This document shows positions 1-9,644 of a DNA stretch of 64,000 bases, one piece after another. A program made the translations under genes and the position numbers. The notes beneath the pieces are model-generated. The model did no database searches. It was not told the origin of the DNA and was given only the letters and a program-made list of their open reading frames with translations. This stretch comes from Spirochaetia bacterium (GTDB lineage Bacteria; Spirochaetota; Spirochaetia; CADAEX01). The stretch's first letter is position 1; each line of letters starts with the position of its first letter. The DNA is taken from the NCBI GenBank assembly GCA_963662265.2, contig CAXXHA010000030.1, positions 24,190 through 88,189 on the forward strand, given 5' to 3'.

Positions 1-1479
1 CCTTTCAGTCCCCGCAGCTTTTATCCTGTCGATTCCGAGAAAACGCCCTATACCGTAGTTTATATGAACTACATGGTCACCGGGGTTGAGGTCTACAAAT
101 GAATCAATAACCTGGCTGGTGCTTTTCTTTACAGATGAGGGGACCCTCTTTTTCCTTCCGAATATCTCATTTTCCTGGATTGCCATGATTTTAAGATCAG
201 GAAGGACAAAACCTGATGAGATAGATCCTGAAACAACATTTATGTCGAAATCCTTCAGAATGCTTTCAATTCTCACTTTCTGGGAATCTGATGAAGAGAA
301 AAGATAAATTTTATAACCGGATTCGAGAAGCCTTGTGAATTCATCTTTTACAAACTGGAAATTCCCGAAAAACGATCTTCCCGGTTCATAGTTATACCTT
401 ATAAGGTTTGATATATCAGAGTTTCCGAGTATTGGAAGTACAATCTTCCTTTCCTCACCGAAAAAAGCTTTTTCATAATCAGGAAGAAGCTCTTCAGGCG
501 GTATTGGATTAAGCTTCCTTCCCCCCGCTCTCCTGTAGAGTTCTGTATATTCCTTTTCTATCGATTTCCTGCTGTTGTCAAGAAGCTCTGAATCAACATA
601 GATTACTGTGACATTTTCCCCTGAATAATCAGTAATGATATTTTTATCTTCGAAAGCAAACGGGAAAAAATATTCCTCACCTTTTGCAGTCTTAAACTCA
701 ACAAGCTGCTCTTTTTTCTCATCTGTTATCAGTGATTTTTCAGACAGCTTTTTTATAAGCTCATCATTCCATATTATTTCACGTGAAGGGACCAGAGATA
801 TCTCATCAGTTTTTCCTGTTGAACTCTGGGTAAAGGGGTCGAAATACTTGATTTCCTCAACCTCGTCAAAGCTGAAGACAACTCTTACAGCTTCATCCAT
901 TCCGTACATGAAAATATCAAGAACTTCCCCCCTCAGTGCAAATTCTCCGTGGACACTAACCCTCGGGACCCTGAGATAACCCGACTCCTGGAGCTTAACC
1001 TCAAGATTCTGAATATCTATTTCATGTCCTTTTCTGATGTTTATTATATAGCTCTTCAGAAATTCAGCCGGTGGAAGGTATGAGAGATAACCTTTCAGAG
1101 ATGTTGTAATTATGTGTTTTGTCCCTTTCTTCTTTCCAAGTATGCTGCATATTGCAGATATTCTGTCGCCAGATATCCTGGATGAAGGGGAATCCTCGCT
1201 GAAAGGAAGTGTTTCCCATGACGAAAACCTTATTACATCATCATCCATCAACCTGGTATCATTGAAAAAAAGCCCTGCTTCCTTTTCTGTTGGAAAAACA
1301 ACTACAATATCACCCTTTGTATAGTTTTTCAGATCGCAAATCACGGAAGAGAGGACAGATCCCCTGATATTTCCGACATATAGAGGAAATTTCTTATCGA
1401 TAAACCTTTTTATCAGCTCTTTATGGGACTGAGTTTTTTTAAGTGCTTTTATTAATTCATTTAAAAATAATGTTATCAT
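1..1479 (-). CDS. mfd: Transcription-repair coupling factor Mfd, N-terminal 493 codons (runs off the window start)
   Basis: Not in the ORF track. Manual translation from ATG 1479: MITLFLNELIK...GYLRVPRVSVHGEFALRGEVLDIF (UvrB-homology) ...DLNPGDHVVHINYGIGRFLGI (CarD/RID domain). Confidence 0.93.
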   Translation of the reverse strand, partial: MITLFLNELIKALKKTQSHKELIKRFIDKKFPLYVGNIRGSVLSSVICDLKNYTKGDIVVVFPTEKEAGLFFNDTRLMDDDVIRFSSWETLPFSEDSPSSRISGDRISAICSILGKKKGTKHIITTSLKGYLSYLPPAEFLKSYIINIRKGHEIDIQNLEVKLQESGYLRVPRVSVHGEFALRGEVLDIFMYGMDEAVRVVFSFDEVEEIKYFDPFTQSSTGKTDEISLVPSREIIWNDELIKKLSEKSLITDEKKEQLVEFKTAKGEEYFFPFAFEDKNIITDYSGENVTVIYVDSELLDNSRKSIEKEYTELYRRAGGRKLNPIPPEELLPDYEKAFFGEERKIVLPILGNSDISNLIRYNYEPGRSFFGNFQFVKDEFTRLLESGYKIYLFSSSDSQKVRIESILKDFDINVVSGSISSGFVLPDLKIMAIQENEIFGRKKRVPSSVKKSTSQVIDSFVDLNPGDHVVHINYGIGRFLGIDRIKAAGTER

Positions 1480-1576
1480 TTTTTTTTCCGAAAATAATAT
1501 AAGGAAACCCCGAAATATTTTATCAGGGTATATTCTGTAATAACAAAACTGTTACAGCAGTTTCCGGCACATATTT

Positions 1577-1603
1577 TCAATATTAAATATTATGTGCCGA
1601 TTA
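1577..1603 (+). promoter_or_regulatory. Putative sigma-28 (FliA) promoter
   Basis: TCAA(1577-1580)-N15-GCCGATTA(1596-1603), 50 nt upstream of the TTG start at 1654. Confidence 0.55.
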
Positions 1604-1653
1604 GAAGGATCCTGTATATAAACCTTGATCCCTATTTTACCAGGAGAATAAAA

Positions 1654-2610
1654 TTGAAAAAATTATCCATAGCAATATTTCTTTTATTCATAACAGCAGC
1701 TTATGCGTTTTCAGTTTCAGACGATATAACCTGTAAAATCCGTTATTACAATAAAAAAATATATTATACAGGCGATAATGTCACGCTGAGAGTGGAACTT
1801 TTTAACAATTCACCTGAAAATTTTACATTTCAGGTATCTGAACCCAGACATTATAATATAAAACTTACTTTAAAAGACCTTACAGGAAGAGAACTGGAAG
1901 ACCAGTATAAATTCAGCAGGGAACTTAATTCAGTTCAGCATGTGTACTACAGGAACATGACAATACTGCCGGGTGAATTTTTCGCTTTCAACATATACCT
2001 TGAAGATATGGTTGATATAAAAGAAGCAGGACTGTATTTTCTTCAGCTTGATTTTTTCCCCGGAATGGGATTCTCAAAACAGCCGATAAAATCAAACATA
2101 CTGGATCTCTCAATCAGGCCGGATATCGGAGTCTCACAATACCAGAGAGTTATAGATGAGAAAACAGGTGAAATACTCAAGAAAGAGAAAAAGGGACCTG
2201 ATGCGGTTGTTGAATATATGCTGAAATCCCTTCAGAAAGCCGAGTATGAGAAGTACTTCCTTTATCTTGATCTTGAAAAACTGATGCTTAAATCTGAAAG
2301 CAGAAGGGAAAGATACTCACGGCTGTCTGAAACAGACAGATACAATATGGTTAAGGAATACAGAGAATCACTACTCAATCTCATGCAGACAGATTACAGG
2401 ACTGCAAAAAGTGAAGATATAATATATGTACCGGTGAGTTACACAATCAACAAAACATGGTATACTCAGGACCACGGTGAAGTTCTTGTTACTGAAAAAT
2501 TTAAATATGAAGATCTGACAGAAATTAAAGATTATACATACAAGCTCACTAAAATTGACGACATCTGGATGATAACTGACTATATTGTTATCAACAAAGG
2601 GACAGAATGA
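1654..2610 (+). CDS. Exported hypothetical protein (Ig-like N-terminal half, NTF2-like C-terminal half)
   Basis: AGGAG RBS at about 1642 then TTG 1654; signal peptide KKLSIAIFLLFITAAYAFS; C-terminus ...YKLTKIDDIWMITDY resembles NTF2-like folds. Confidence 0.75.
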   Translation: MKKLSIAIFLLFITAAYAFSVSDDITCKIRYYNKKIYYTGDNVTLRVELFNNSPENFTFQVSEPRHYNIKLTLKDLTGRELEDQYKFSRELNSVQHVYYRNMTILPGEFFAFNIYLEDMVDIKEAGLYFLQLDFFPGMGFSKQPIKSNILDLSIRPDIGVSQYQRVIDEKTGEILKKEKKGPDAVVEYMLKSLQKAEYEKYFLYLDLEKLMLKSESRRERYSRLSETDRYNMVKEYRESLLNLMQTDYRTAKSEDIIYVPVSYTINKTWYTQDHGEVLVTEKFKYEDLTEIKDYTYKLTKIDDIWMITDYIVINKGTE

Positions 2611-3332
2611 AAATACTTGTTGTAGCAGATAAAGAAAAGATAACAGCACCGATAAAAAAGCACCTTCCCCCGCTTGGATTTGATTTCATTTTCTATACAA
2701 ATCCGGTCAAAGCTATGGACAACTTATACGAAATATCTCCCGAACTGGTAATTTTCAGCGCAGAGGATTATCCCAGGCACTGGAAACCATTTCTGAAAGT
2801 ACTCAGGGAATATTTTTCCCATGACAAGTGTGTATTTATACTGCTTAAGACATCATATTTTACTCTTGAAGATGCCGAGAAATCAGCATTTCTGGGTGTC
2901 AACGGTCTTGTTGATGAAGATCTTGACGAATATTCCCTTATTGACAGGCTGAAAGGTATTTTTTCGAGATACATACTTCCCCAGGAAACCAGGAGATACA
3001 GAAGATATTTTGTTACAGAATATGACGATGTAAGCATTCTTTTCAACCATCCCGATACTCTTGAACTGATACCGGGTAAAGTTGTAGAAATATCATCAAA
3101 AGGCGCAACAATTCTTATCCCGGAACAGTACAGCAATCAGTTCGGACAGGGAAGCAAGATTAAATACTGTTCACTGAAAATAGAAGATAAAATAATTACA
3201 GTTGACTGTACTGTACTCAGGTCGGAGTTTTATACAACTATTATCTTTGATACCATTGATCCTGAGGAAATGAATCACATACAAACTTATTTTGAAAACA
3301 GGGTATACAGAGAATTAAAGAAAAATGGATAA
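2607..3332 (+). CDS. Degenerate receiver-like domain plus PilZ domain protein
   Basis: MKILVVAD receiver-like start; RRYRR (RxxxR) and EISSKG (D/NxSxxG-like) PilZ motifs; ATGA overlap with the upstream gene. Confidence 0.75.
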   Translation: MKILVVADKEKITAPIKKHLPPLGFDFIFYTNPVKAMDNLYEISPELVIFSAEDYPRHWKPFLKVLREYFSHDKCVFILLKTSYFTLEDAEKSAFLGVNGLVDEDLDEYSLIDRLKGIFSRYILPQETRRYRRYFVTEYDDVSILFNHPDTLELIPGKVVEISSKGATILIPEQYSNQFGQGSKIKYCSLKIEDKIITVDCTVLRSEFYTTIIFDTIDPEEMNHIQTYFENRVYRELKKNG

Positions 3333-4365
3333 CGATAATTATATTCAAAATCCGAAACCTCTTTTCTTCAATGATTTATTTAATTCAAAAGACAAAGATG
3401 GGACAGATATTGACAATAAAATTATCCAGTGTACATTATGCCCTCACAGGTGTTTAATAAAAAACAACAAATTCGGCATATGCCTCATACGGGGCAACAG
3501 GGATGGGAAACTTTCAATACCCTATTACGGAAAACTCTCAGCACTTGCCCTTGATCCAATTGAAAAAAAGCCGCTTTACCACTATTTCCCCGGAAGCAGA
3601 ATACTTTCTGCCGGATTTTTCGGCTGCAACCTGAAATGTCCTTTCTGCCAGAATTCATCAATATCAACACATGCAGATATAAGCTATGAAACATATAGTC
3701 CTGCTGATGTTCTTTCGATTATAAAGAATAAAGGTGGAATAGGACTTGCCTATACCTATTCTGAACCTGCAGTTCACATAGAATGGGTTACAGAAACTTC
3801 AAAACTTCTGAGACAAAACAATTATAAAAATGTTATTGTCACAAACGGAATGATCAATGATGAACCTGCCGATTACATACTGGAAAACCTTGATGCGGCA
3901 AACATTGATTTAAAATCATTCAATTCCGATTTTTACAAATCTGAATTATTCGGTGACCTTGAAACTGTTAAGAATTTCATAAAAAAAGCATCTTCGAAAA
4001 TTCATATGGAAATCACAACCCTTGTTATTCCGGGAAAGAATGACTCTAAAGAGGAAATCCTTGAAATTGCATCATTCATAGCATCAATCAGCAAAAACAT
4101 ACCATATCACCTTTCATGTTACTTCCCGTCATACAAGTATATAATCCCCCCCACCCCGGCTTCAGAAGTATTTACACTGGCAAAAGAAGCGTCAAAAATA
4201 CTCAACTTTGTTTATACAGGGAATACAGGTTATAAAGAATCAGATACAAACTGCCCTTCATGCGGTGAAGTTCTTATTAAGCGGACTGGATATTCAGCCT
4301 ATGCAGTTAACCTTAAAAACAACAAGTGCAGAAAATGCGGCTTTGACACAGAAATCATAATTTAA
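3325..4365 (+). CDS. amrS: AmmeMemoRadiSam system radical SAM enzyme
   Basis: CTLCPHRC, LDPIEKKPLYHYFPG, GCNLKCPFCQN (CxxxCxxC), AYTYSEP, C-terminal CPSCG...CRKCG. Confidence 0.9.
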   Translation: MDNDNYIQNPKPLFFNDLFNSKDKDGTDIDNKIIQCTLCPHRCLIKNNKFGICLIRGNRDGKLSIPYYGKLSALALDPIEKKPLYHYFPGSRILSAGFFGCNLKCPFCQNSSISTHADISYETYSPADVLSIIKNKGGIGLAYTYSEPAVHIEWVTETSKLLRQNNYKNVIVTNGMINDEPADYILENLDAANIDLKSFNSDFYKSELFGDLETVKNFIKKASSKIHMEITTLVIPGKNDSKEEILEIASFIASISKNIPYHLSCYFPSYKYIIPPTPASEVFTLAKEASKILNFVYTGNTGYKESDTNCPSCGEVLIKRTGYSAYAVNLKNNKCRKCGFDTEIII

Positions 4366-4531
4366 TTTTATATTATCCTGTTTTTACCAAATATTATTCT
4401 GTTTTTCACACAAATAACATGTCGGACCCTGTTTTTTAATATATGATATTTCATTATTTTATGATTAAAAAACAAACTTCATAATCTGTTTTCAAATGCA
4501 TGATTTTGATAAGGATTTTTTCAAAAACCTG

Positions 4532-4560
4532 TTGACACTTTTTTCTAATTTGGGTATTGT
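4532..4560 (+). promoter_or_regulatory. sigma-70 promoter of tRNA-Asn
   Basis: TTGACA-N17-TATTGT just upstream of the tRNA. Confidence 0.75.
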
Positions 4561-4577
4561 AACTCAACATTTGATGA

Positions 4578-4650
4578 TCCCCTGTAGCTCAGTTGGTAGA
4601 GCGGGTGACTGTTAATCACTAGGTCGGCAGTTCGAGTCTGTCCGGGGGAG
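4578..4650 (+). tRNA. tRNA-Asn (GTT), CCA not encoded
   Basis: Cloverleaf: acceptor TCCCCTG/CGGGGGA, D arm GCTC-AGTTGGTA-GAGC, anticodon arm GGTGA-CTGTTAA-TCACT, T arm GGCAG-TTCGAGT-CTGTC. Confidence 0.97.
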
Positions 4651-4694
4651 CTTTTAATTTACATCATTGCTTAGCTTGAAAGATACTTTAACAA

Positions 4695-4752
4695 TCAGGC
4701 ATCTTAGTTTTACATTTGTTGATATCTGTTGATTCAGGCATCTTAGTTTTAC
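4695..4752 (+). repeat. 19-bp perfect direct repeat (2 copies) in the tRNA trailer
   Basis: TCAGGCATCTTAGTTTTAC at 4695-4713 and 4734-4752, with a 20-bp spacer. Confidence 0.85.
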
Positions 4753-4760
4753 TTGAAAAG

Positions 4761-4798
4761 GCTTCTGATAAACTTTGTTTTTCAGAAGCATTTTTTTT
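4761..4798 (+). terminator. Rho-independent terminator of the tRNA transcript
   Basis: GCTTCTGA...TCAGAAGC stem followed by a T8 run. Confidence 0.7.
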
Positions 4799-4964
4799 GC
4801 CCTGATACTAAAGCAGGTATACCAAACAATTCCATAAATGTTAAAAGTTTTTTATCACAATAATTTTTTAAAAATGATTTCATAAAAAATGCGGATACAA
4901 TCATTTTGAAATAACCATATCCGCATTCTAATAAAATATTTAAGGTTTGTAATTTGATTACTGC

Positions 4965-6137
4965 CTACTTATACGACTTTTCAATAATTGAAACAGCATC
5001 ATCTTTTGTCATCTGCACCGGATCAAGGCTGAAAAGACCTCCCATGTTTTCAAAAGCATTTTCAGCATATTTTTCAGAATCTTCCTTTTTAATTCCATAT
5101 TCAGACATTCTAAGATCTGCCACTCCGCATTTCTCCTGAAGCTCTTTTAATGCTGCAAGGAAATCTTCAGGTTTATCGGCATCCCTCTTTCCAAGAGCCC
5201 GTGCCATATCAATATACCTATCAGGCACTTTACCGGAAAAATATTCATGATATGCAAGTGATATCATTATAAGTCCCGCTCCGTGCGGAAGATCATGGTG
5301 AAAAGCGCTTAATGCATGCTCAAGAGAATGTTCAGATGTACAGCTGGATGTAGATTCAACAAATCCTGATATAGTATTTGCAAGCGCAATGTCAGCCCTG
5401 GCATCAGCATCAGATCCGTTATTAACAGCCCTTGCCAGAGATCTCCCTATAAGCTCTATACTCTTAAGCGCATAAATATCGCTAAACGGTGTTGAAATAT
5501 TTGCTATATACCCCTCTACAGCATGAAATAGTGCATCAAAGCCCTGGTAGGCAGTGAGTTTCGGAGGAACTGTCATCATAAGGTCTGGATCAACAATTGA
5601 AATAACAGGAAATGTTTTTTCATAACCGAAACCTATTTTTTCGTTTGTTTCCTCCCTTGTAATAACTGTCCAGGGATCTGCCTCGGTTCCGGTACCGGCA
5701 GTTGTTGTAATGGCAATCACAGGCAGAGGATCATTTTCAACAGGTTTCTGCTTACCCGATCCTCCTGCAATAAAATCCCAGTAATCACCTTCATTTGTTG
5801 CCATTACAGAAATACTCTTGGCTGAATCAATACTGCTTCCCCCGCCCAGGCCTATGACAAAATCACACCCCTCTTTCCTTGCAAGCTCTGCGCCCTCCAT
5901 AACATGCCGGTATGCAGGATTTGGTTTAATCCTGTCAAAGAGAACATATTCACAGCTGTTTTTTTCAAGAAGTTTTTCAACCCTCTCAAGATATCCCTGG
6001 CGTTTCATGCTTCCGCCTGCTGATATGACAATAAGTGCTTTTTTTCCGGGCAGCTTTTCTGTTCCGATTTTCTCTATCTGTCCCCTGCCGAAAAATATTT
6101 TTGTAGGCATGAAATATGTGAAACTATTCATTTTCAA
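4965..6137 (-). CDS. Iron-containing alcohol dehydrogenase
   Basis: GLGGGSSIDSAK, TTAGTGTE, DALFHAVE, EHSLEH, HGAG metal and NAD(P) motifs. Confidence 0.92.
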   Translation of the reverse strand: MKMNSFTYFMPTKIFFGRGQIEKIGTEKLPGKKALIVISAGGSMKRQGYLERVEKLLEKNSCEYVLFDRIKPNPAYRHVMEGAELARKEGCDFVIGLGGGSSIDSAKSISVMATNEGDYWDFIAGGSGKQKPVENDPLPVIAITTTAGTGTEADPWTVITREETNEKIGFGYEKTFPVISIVDPDLMMTVPPKLTAYQGFDALFHAVEGYIANISTPFSDIYALKSIELIGRSLARAVNNGSDADARADIALANTISGFVESTSSCTSEHSLEHALSAFHHDLPHGAGLIMISLAYHEYFSGKVPDRYIDMARALGKRDADKPEDFLAALKELQEKCGVADLRMSEYGIKKEDSEKYAENAFENMGGLFSLDPVQMTKDDAVSIIEKSYK

Positions 6138-6212
6138 TCCTCTTTCTTATATATAAACTAAGATATATACAAATATCTTAAACTGAAACCGAATAGTCAA
6201 ATTTTCAGACAC

Positions 6213-6250
6213 AAAAAAAGCAGATACTGATATATAATCAGCATCCGCTT
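6213..6250 (-). terminator. Terminator of the 9512-6281 operon
   Basis: Minus strand AAGCGGATGCTGA-loop-TCAGTATCTGCTT plus a T run (G-U pairs are consistent on the minus strand). Confidence 0.7.
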
Positions 6251-6280
6251 ATATAATTTCTTAATTCAGTTTATTACGAA

Positions 6281-7009
6281 TCATAGGTTCTCAATCAGGA
6301 GAACTTCAAGAGATGTATCATCCCCGGGCGCAACAGTAAAAGGCTGGTTTGAAATTTTCACACCGCTTTTTTCCCATATTGTAGTAGAAGCCAATAGAGC
6401 AGGATTGCCTCCTGTTTCTGTATATTCCCAGTCATTGAAGTAATACCACCCTTTTTCAACACCTGATATACCTGGATGCCCACCTGTGTAATAATCAGGA
6501 TCATAATATTTCATTTCCATGTATACATCAGATTCCGCATCCTGCATATCATCTATCGATGTTATCTCCTGGTTAAACACAAGCACATAGAGAAAATAAT
6601 CCTTGTCAGCAGGAATACCCGGCACTGCAAATTCCCCTGTGTTCCCCCCGCTGTAATCCATTTTAAACTGGTAGAAAAACCTACCTCCGTCAAAACGGAC
6701 AGCACCTTTGGTAAGCATGTCTTCCATTATTTCATCAGCTTCATCTTCATATTTTTCACTTAAAGCATAATTCATCTGATCATCAAAGTAGTCTCCCCTG
6801 TCATAAAGTCTCAGCATGTCTTTTAGAGGCTCCTCAAATGCGGCATCAACAACAACACAAACAACCCATACTGAATCACCTGCAGCTTTTGCAGGAAGGG
6901 TTGCATTCAGTGAAAGCGTTCCTGAATCTGGAGAAATCATCTGGTAGCAGCTGCTTAAAACAAGCACAGCTGCACTGAAAAATAATATTCTTAATAATTT
7001 TCTATACAT
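6281..7009 (-). CDS. Acidic lipoprotein, function unknown
   Basis: Lipobox VLSSC after a basic/hydrophobic signal; 242-aa ORF in an operon. Confidence 0.7.
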   Translation of the reverse strand: MYRKLLRILFFSAAVLVLSSCYQMISPDSGTLSLNATLPAKAAGDSVWVVCVVVDAAFEEPLKDMLRLYDRGDYFDDQMNYALSEKYEDEADEIMEDMLTKGAVRFDGGRFFYQFKMDYSGGNTGEFAVPGIPADKDYFLYVLVFNQEITSIDDMQDAESDVYMEMKYYDPDYYTGGHPGISGVEKGWYYFNDWEYTETGGNPALLASTTIWEKSGVKISNQPFTVAPGDDTSLEVLLIENL

Positions 7010-7019
7010 AACAAACCCC

Positions 7020-7715
7020 TTATGAACCTGAATATGTCCACTTGATTTTTACGCTTCCGTATTCAACTCCTGACTCACTGCCTGTTCCGGAAGGATTGTT
7101 ATAAGGATTTCCTGAACCGCTTAAAATATCGCTTGTATCCGCGCTTACGCTTAAACCTTCTTCACGCCCTGCTGCTCCCCCCTCAGGAGGATTATTCCCG
7201 ATTGAGGAACCTGATTCGCCACTCTTGTATGAAGCAGAGTGATTATTCCTGTTGCTTACAACAACCCTTCCGTTTGCGACTTTTATATTTACACCGTCAA
7301 AACTGAACTTTGTCCCGCGGACAGCAGCAGTTGAAACAGGTGTTTTTATAGTAAAATCATGTTTAAGACCTTTAGATGTCTTTACATCAGCGCTTATTCT
7401 CCCAAGCCTCATATTAAGCTTTGTATTTACTGTTTTATTTTTTTCAGAAAGCTCATTGATGCTCATCCTTGTCAGCTGTTTTACAAATATTTCAGAACTC
7501 CCGAGATCAAGGACTGCTTCAGATTTAAAACTTGTTGATATAACTGCACCCACAGGAAGCTTCATTCCCTCAGAAAGTTTTTTCCATTCTTCTCCATCAA
7601 TTCTGTATTTAACATTCCCTTTCAGGGAAGTCACAGTAACTTCATTTGAAGCTGCTGAAATAAAAGATGCGGAAACTGCAACAAAAATTAATATAAATAA
7701 TAATCTTCTCAACAT
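7020..7715 (-). CDS. Secreted FecR-domain protein
   Basis: Signal peptide; FTIKTPVSTAAVRGTKF FecR signature; Gly/Ser-rich tail. Confidence 0.85.
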   Translation of the reverse strand: MLRRLLFILIFVAVSASFISAASNEVTVTSLKGNVKYRIDGEEWKKLSEGMKLPVGAVISTSFKSEAVLDLGSSEIFVKQLTRMSINELSEKNKTVNTKLNMRLGRISADVKTSKGLKHDFTIKTPVSTAAVRGTKFSFDGVNIKVANGRVVVSNRNNHSASYKSGESGSSIGNNPPEGGAAGREEGLSVSADTSDILSGSGNPYNNPSGTGSESGVEYGSVKIKWTYSGS

Positions 7716-7729
7716 ATTTTTCCCTCCTG

Positions 7730-9043
7730 TCAGAAACTGACTGATAAACTTGTACGGAAAGCAAATATTGATTCCATATTATCAGATGCCGCGCCGAATC
7801 CCCCTGTTGCCGGGAGAAAATACGCGCCGTTTAATTCAAGGCCGAGATCTGAAAAAATTCTCCAGACAAGTCCTGCTTCAATTTCTGTTCCAATATATAA
7901 TCCGTCTGATTCAGTATCTGTATCAATCCAGTCTACAGAAACCGAATATGTCCTGAAAAAACCTCTAGCAGCAGTATAAGGCTGTATTGCAGATGCTGTT
8001 TCAGAACTGCTGTTTATAAAAGGCCTGAATGAATATTTAAGCTCCAGAAGACCGAGACCTGAAAGAGTCGGAGAAACTGAATTCGCAAGATCAGGCTTGC
8101 TCATCGGAACAAACCCCAGAACACCGAACGGAACATCTATTAAATCATCAATAGAAACATCTGGCGGAGCTCCTATAAGCTTAAACTGCCAGTTTGAACC
8201 GAAAAAGCTCTCTTTCAGATAGTTCAGTTTCAAGCCGAATATCAGTCCGATAGCATTCCTGTCGTCGATATCCGGGACTTTGAGAGATGCATGCTGAAGT
8301 ATGAAAAACAGGTTCTGATACATGTTTTTTCCATAACTGCGGCTGGAATTAAATCCGAGATACTGGGTATGCATCACCGGACCTTCCGATTCATCCCTGA
8401 GGTCAAATACGGCAAGGCCGAAGAATGACATGGAATCAAGCCACCATAGTTCAGGAACAGTTATTGTTGACTGAAGAAATGCCTTTGCAGGTCCGAAAAA
8501 TGTATCATCTGTCTCCAGCGACTCTTCGCTCATATCAAGAGATGTCATTCTGATATCACTCGAAGGATTGAGTAGCAGCCCTGTATATCCTGCTTCGACA
8601 AAGTATCTTATTCCCGGGTACAGGAATTTAAAGGAAATACCGTCTGCTGTATGGGACAGGACTATCTCTGTAGGATCACTGAAATAAATTCTCCCACCCT
8701 CAGCTTCAAAGACGGAATCGGAACCGACTGCTCCGGGAAAAGTTCCCCTGATACTCAGCATATCTATATTAAAAAGATATGCTCTTTCATCTGTATATTC
8801 ATAACTGCCCTGGGCAGTAAAAGTTGTCTCATTTCCTGATTCAGATTCGTTGTAAGCTTCAAAAAGAAGTGCCAGCCGGTTCAGCTGCTCAATTTCAGTA
8901 TCTGAAGATGTCTCATCAGAGACAAAATCAGTACTGTTTAAAAAAGTGCCGCCATAGTCATACTCAAAAGACAATACAAATGCGGGAAAAAACAAGGCTG
9001 AGAAAATAAGCAATACTGAAAGAAAGATGATTTTATTATTCAT
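7730..9043 (-). CDS. Putative outer-membrane beta-barrel protein
   Basis: Probable start MNNKIIF at 9043, overlapping the upstream stop; signal peptide, alternating aromatic beta-strands, C-terminal ...RTSLSVSF. Confidence 0.65.
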   Translation of the reverse strand: MNNKIIFLSVLLIFSALFFPAFVLSFEYDYGGTFLNSTDFVSDETSSDTEIEQLNRLALLFEAYNESESGNETTFTAQGSYEYTDERAYLFNIDMLSIRGTFPGAVGSDSVFEAEGGRIYFSDPTEIVLSHTADGISFKFLYPGIRYFVEAGYTGLLLNPSSDIRMTSLDMSEESLETDDTFFGPAKAFLQSTITVPELWWLDSMSFFGLAVFDLRDESEGPVMHTQYLGFNSSRSYGKNMYQNLFFILQHASLKVPDIDDRNAIGLIFGLKLNYLKESFFGSNWQFKLIGAPPDVSIDDLIDVPFGVLGFVPMSKPDLANSVSPTLSGLGLLELKYSFRPFINSSSETASAIQPYTAARGFFRTYSVSVDWIDTDTESDGLYIGTEIEAGLVWRIFSDLGLELNGAYFLPATGGFGAASDNMESIFAFRTSLSVSF

Positions 9044-9512
9044 TATCACCCTCCTCTCTTTCGAGAACACGCCCCAGAATTCTGAAAGCTCTTTCGCCTG
9101 ATATATGCATTGTGCTGTAGGTTTTACCCTGTATAATCTTTTTGAACCTGAGTTCCCGTACTGCATACCGGGGACCTGGAAACAACCTGTACATCAGACC
9201 TCCTTCCATGCTGTACGCACTCATAACAATGTGGGAAAACTGACCAAGCGTTACAGGACTATCCCACTCCATAGCTGTATCAGGAAACATTTCCGACATT
9301 TTATCTGCCGCTTCCTGAAAAGATACATCTTCACCAATCACATCTGTTCCAAATAAAACGGTATAGGATGCGCTTCCGTATGAGATCCTGTTCTCTGTAA
9401 GTATTGAATCCATTGCTGTGTTGAAATCTGCTGATGCGAAAAAAACTGAGGATAAAAAAAGAACCGGAATAAAACTGAATACCAGAACTTTTTTGCTGAG
9501 GATTAATTTCAT
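9036..9512 (-). CDS. Exported hypothetical protein (possibly SLH-like)
   Basis: Signal peptide; DSPVTLGQFS...GGLMYRLFPGPRYAVREL...ISGERAFRILG; first gene of the operon. Confidence 0.65.
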   Translation of the reverse strand: MKLILSKKVLVFSFIPVLFLSSVFFASADFNTAMDSILTENRISYGSASYTVLFGTDVIGEDVSFQEAADKMSEMFPDTAMEWDSPVTLGQFSHIVMSAYSMEGGLMYRLFPGPRYAVRELRFKKIIQGKTYSTMHISGERAFRILGRVLEREEGDNE

Positions 9513-9644
9513 TTCATTACCCTGTTTTTAATTTTTTCTTAAATAATATTTTTTAATTATATACTATTTTTACAAATTTTAAAACTCCGGTTTTATTTAC
9601 ACGATCTTGTTTACACATTTATATTTTCATGTAATCCTTTATCC

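Noticed and set aside
86-1324. Plus-strand ORFs 86-307, 635-979 and 1112-1324
   Set aside because: They are antisense shadows of mfd, which occupies 1-1479 on the minus strand. The same applies to the many short ORFs antisense to recognised genes across the window.
4695-4752. Direct repeat as a mini-CRISPR array or attachment site
   Set aside because: Only two 19-bp units with a 20-bp spacer, no cas or integrase gene, and no identity to the tRNA 3' end.
9044-9166. ORF-track N-terminal extension of 7730-9166
   Set aside because: It overlaps the upstream gene; the signal peptide and RBS point to ATG 9043.
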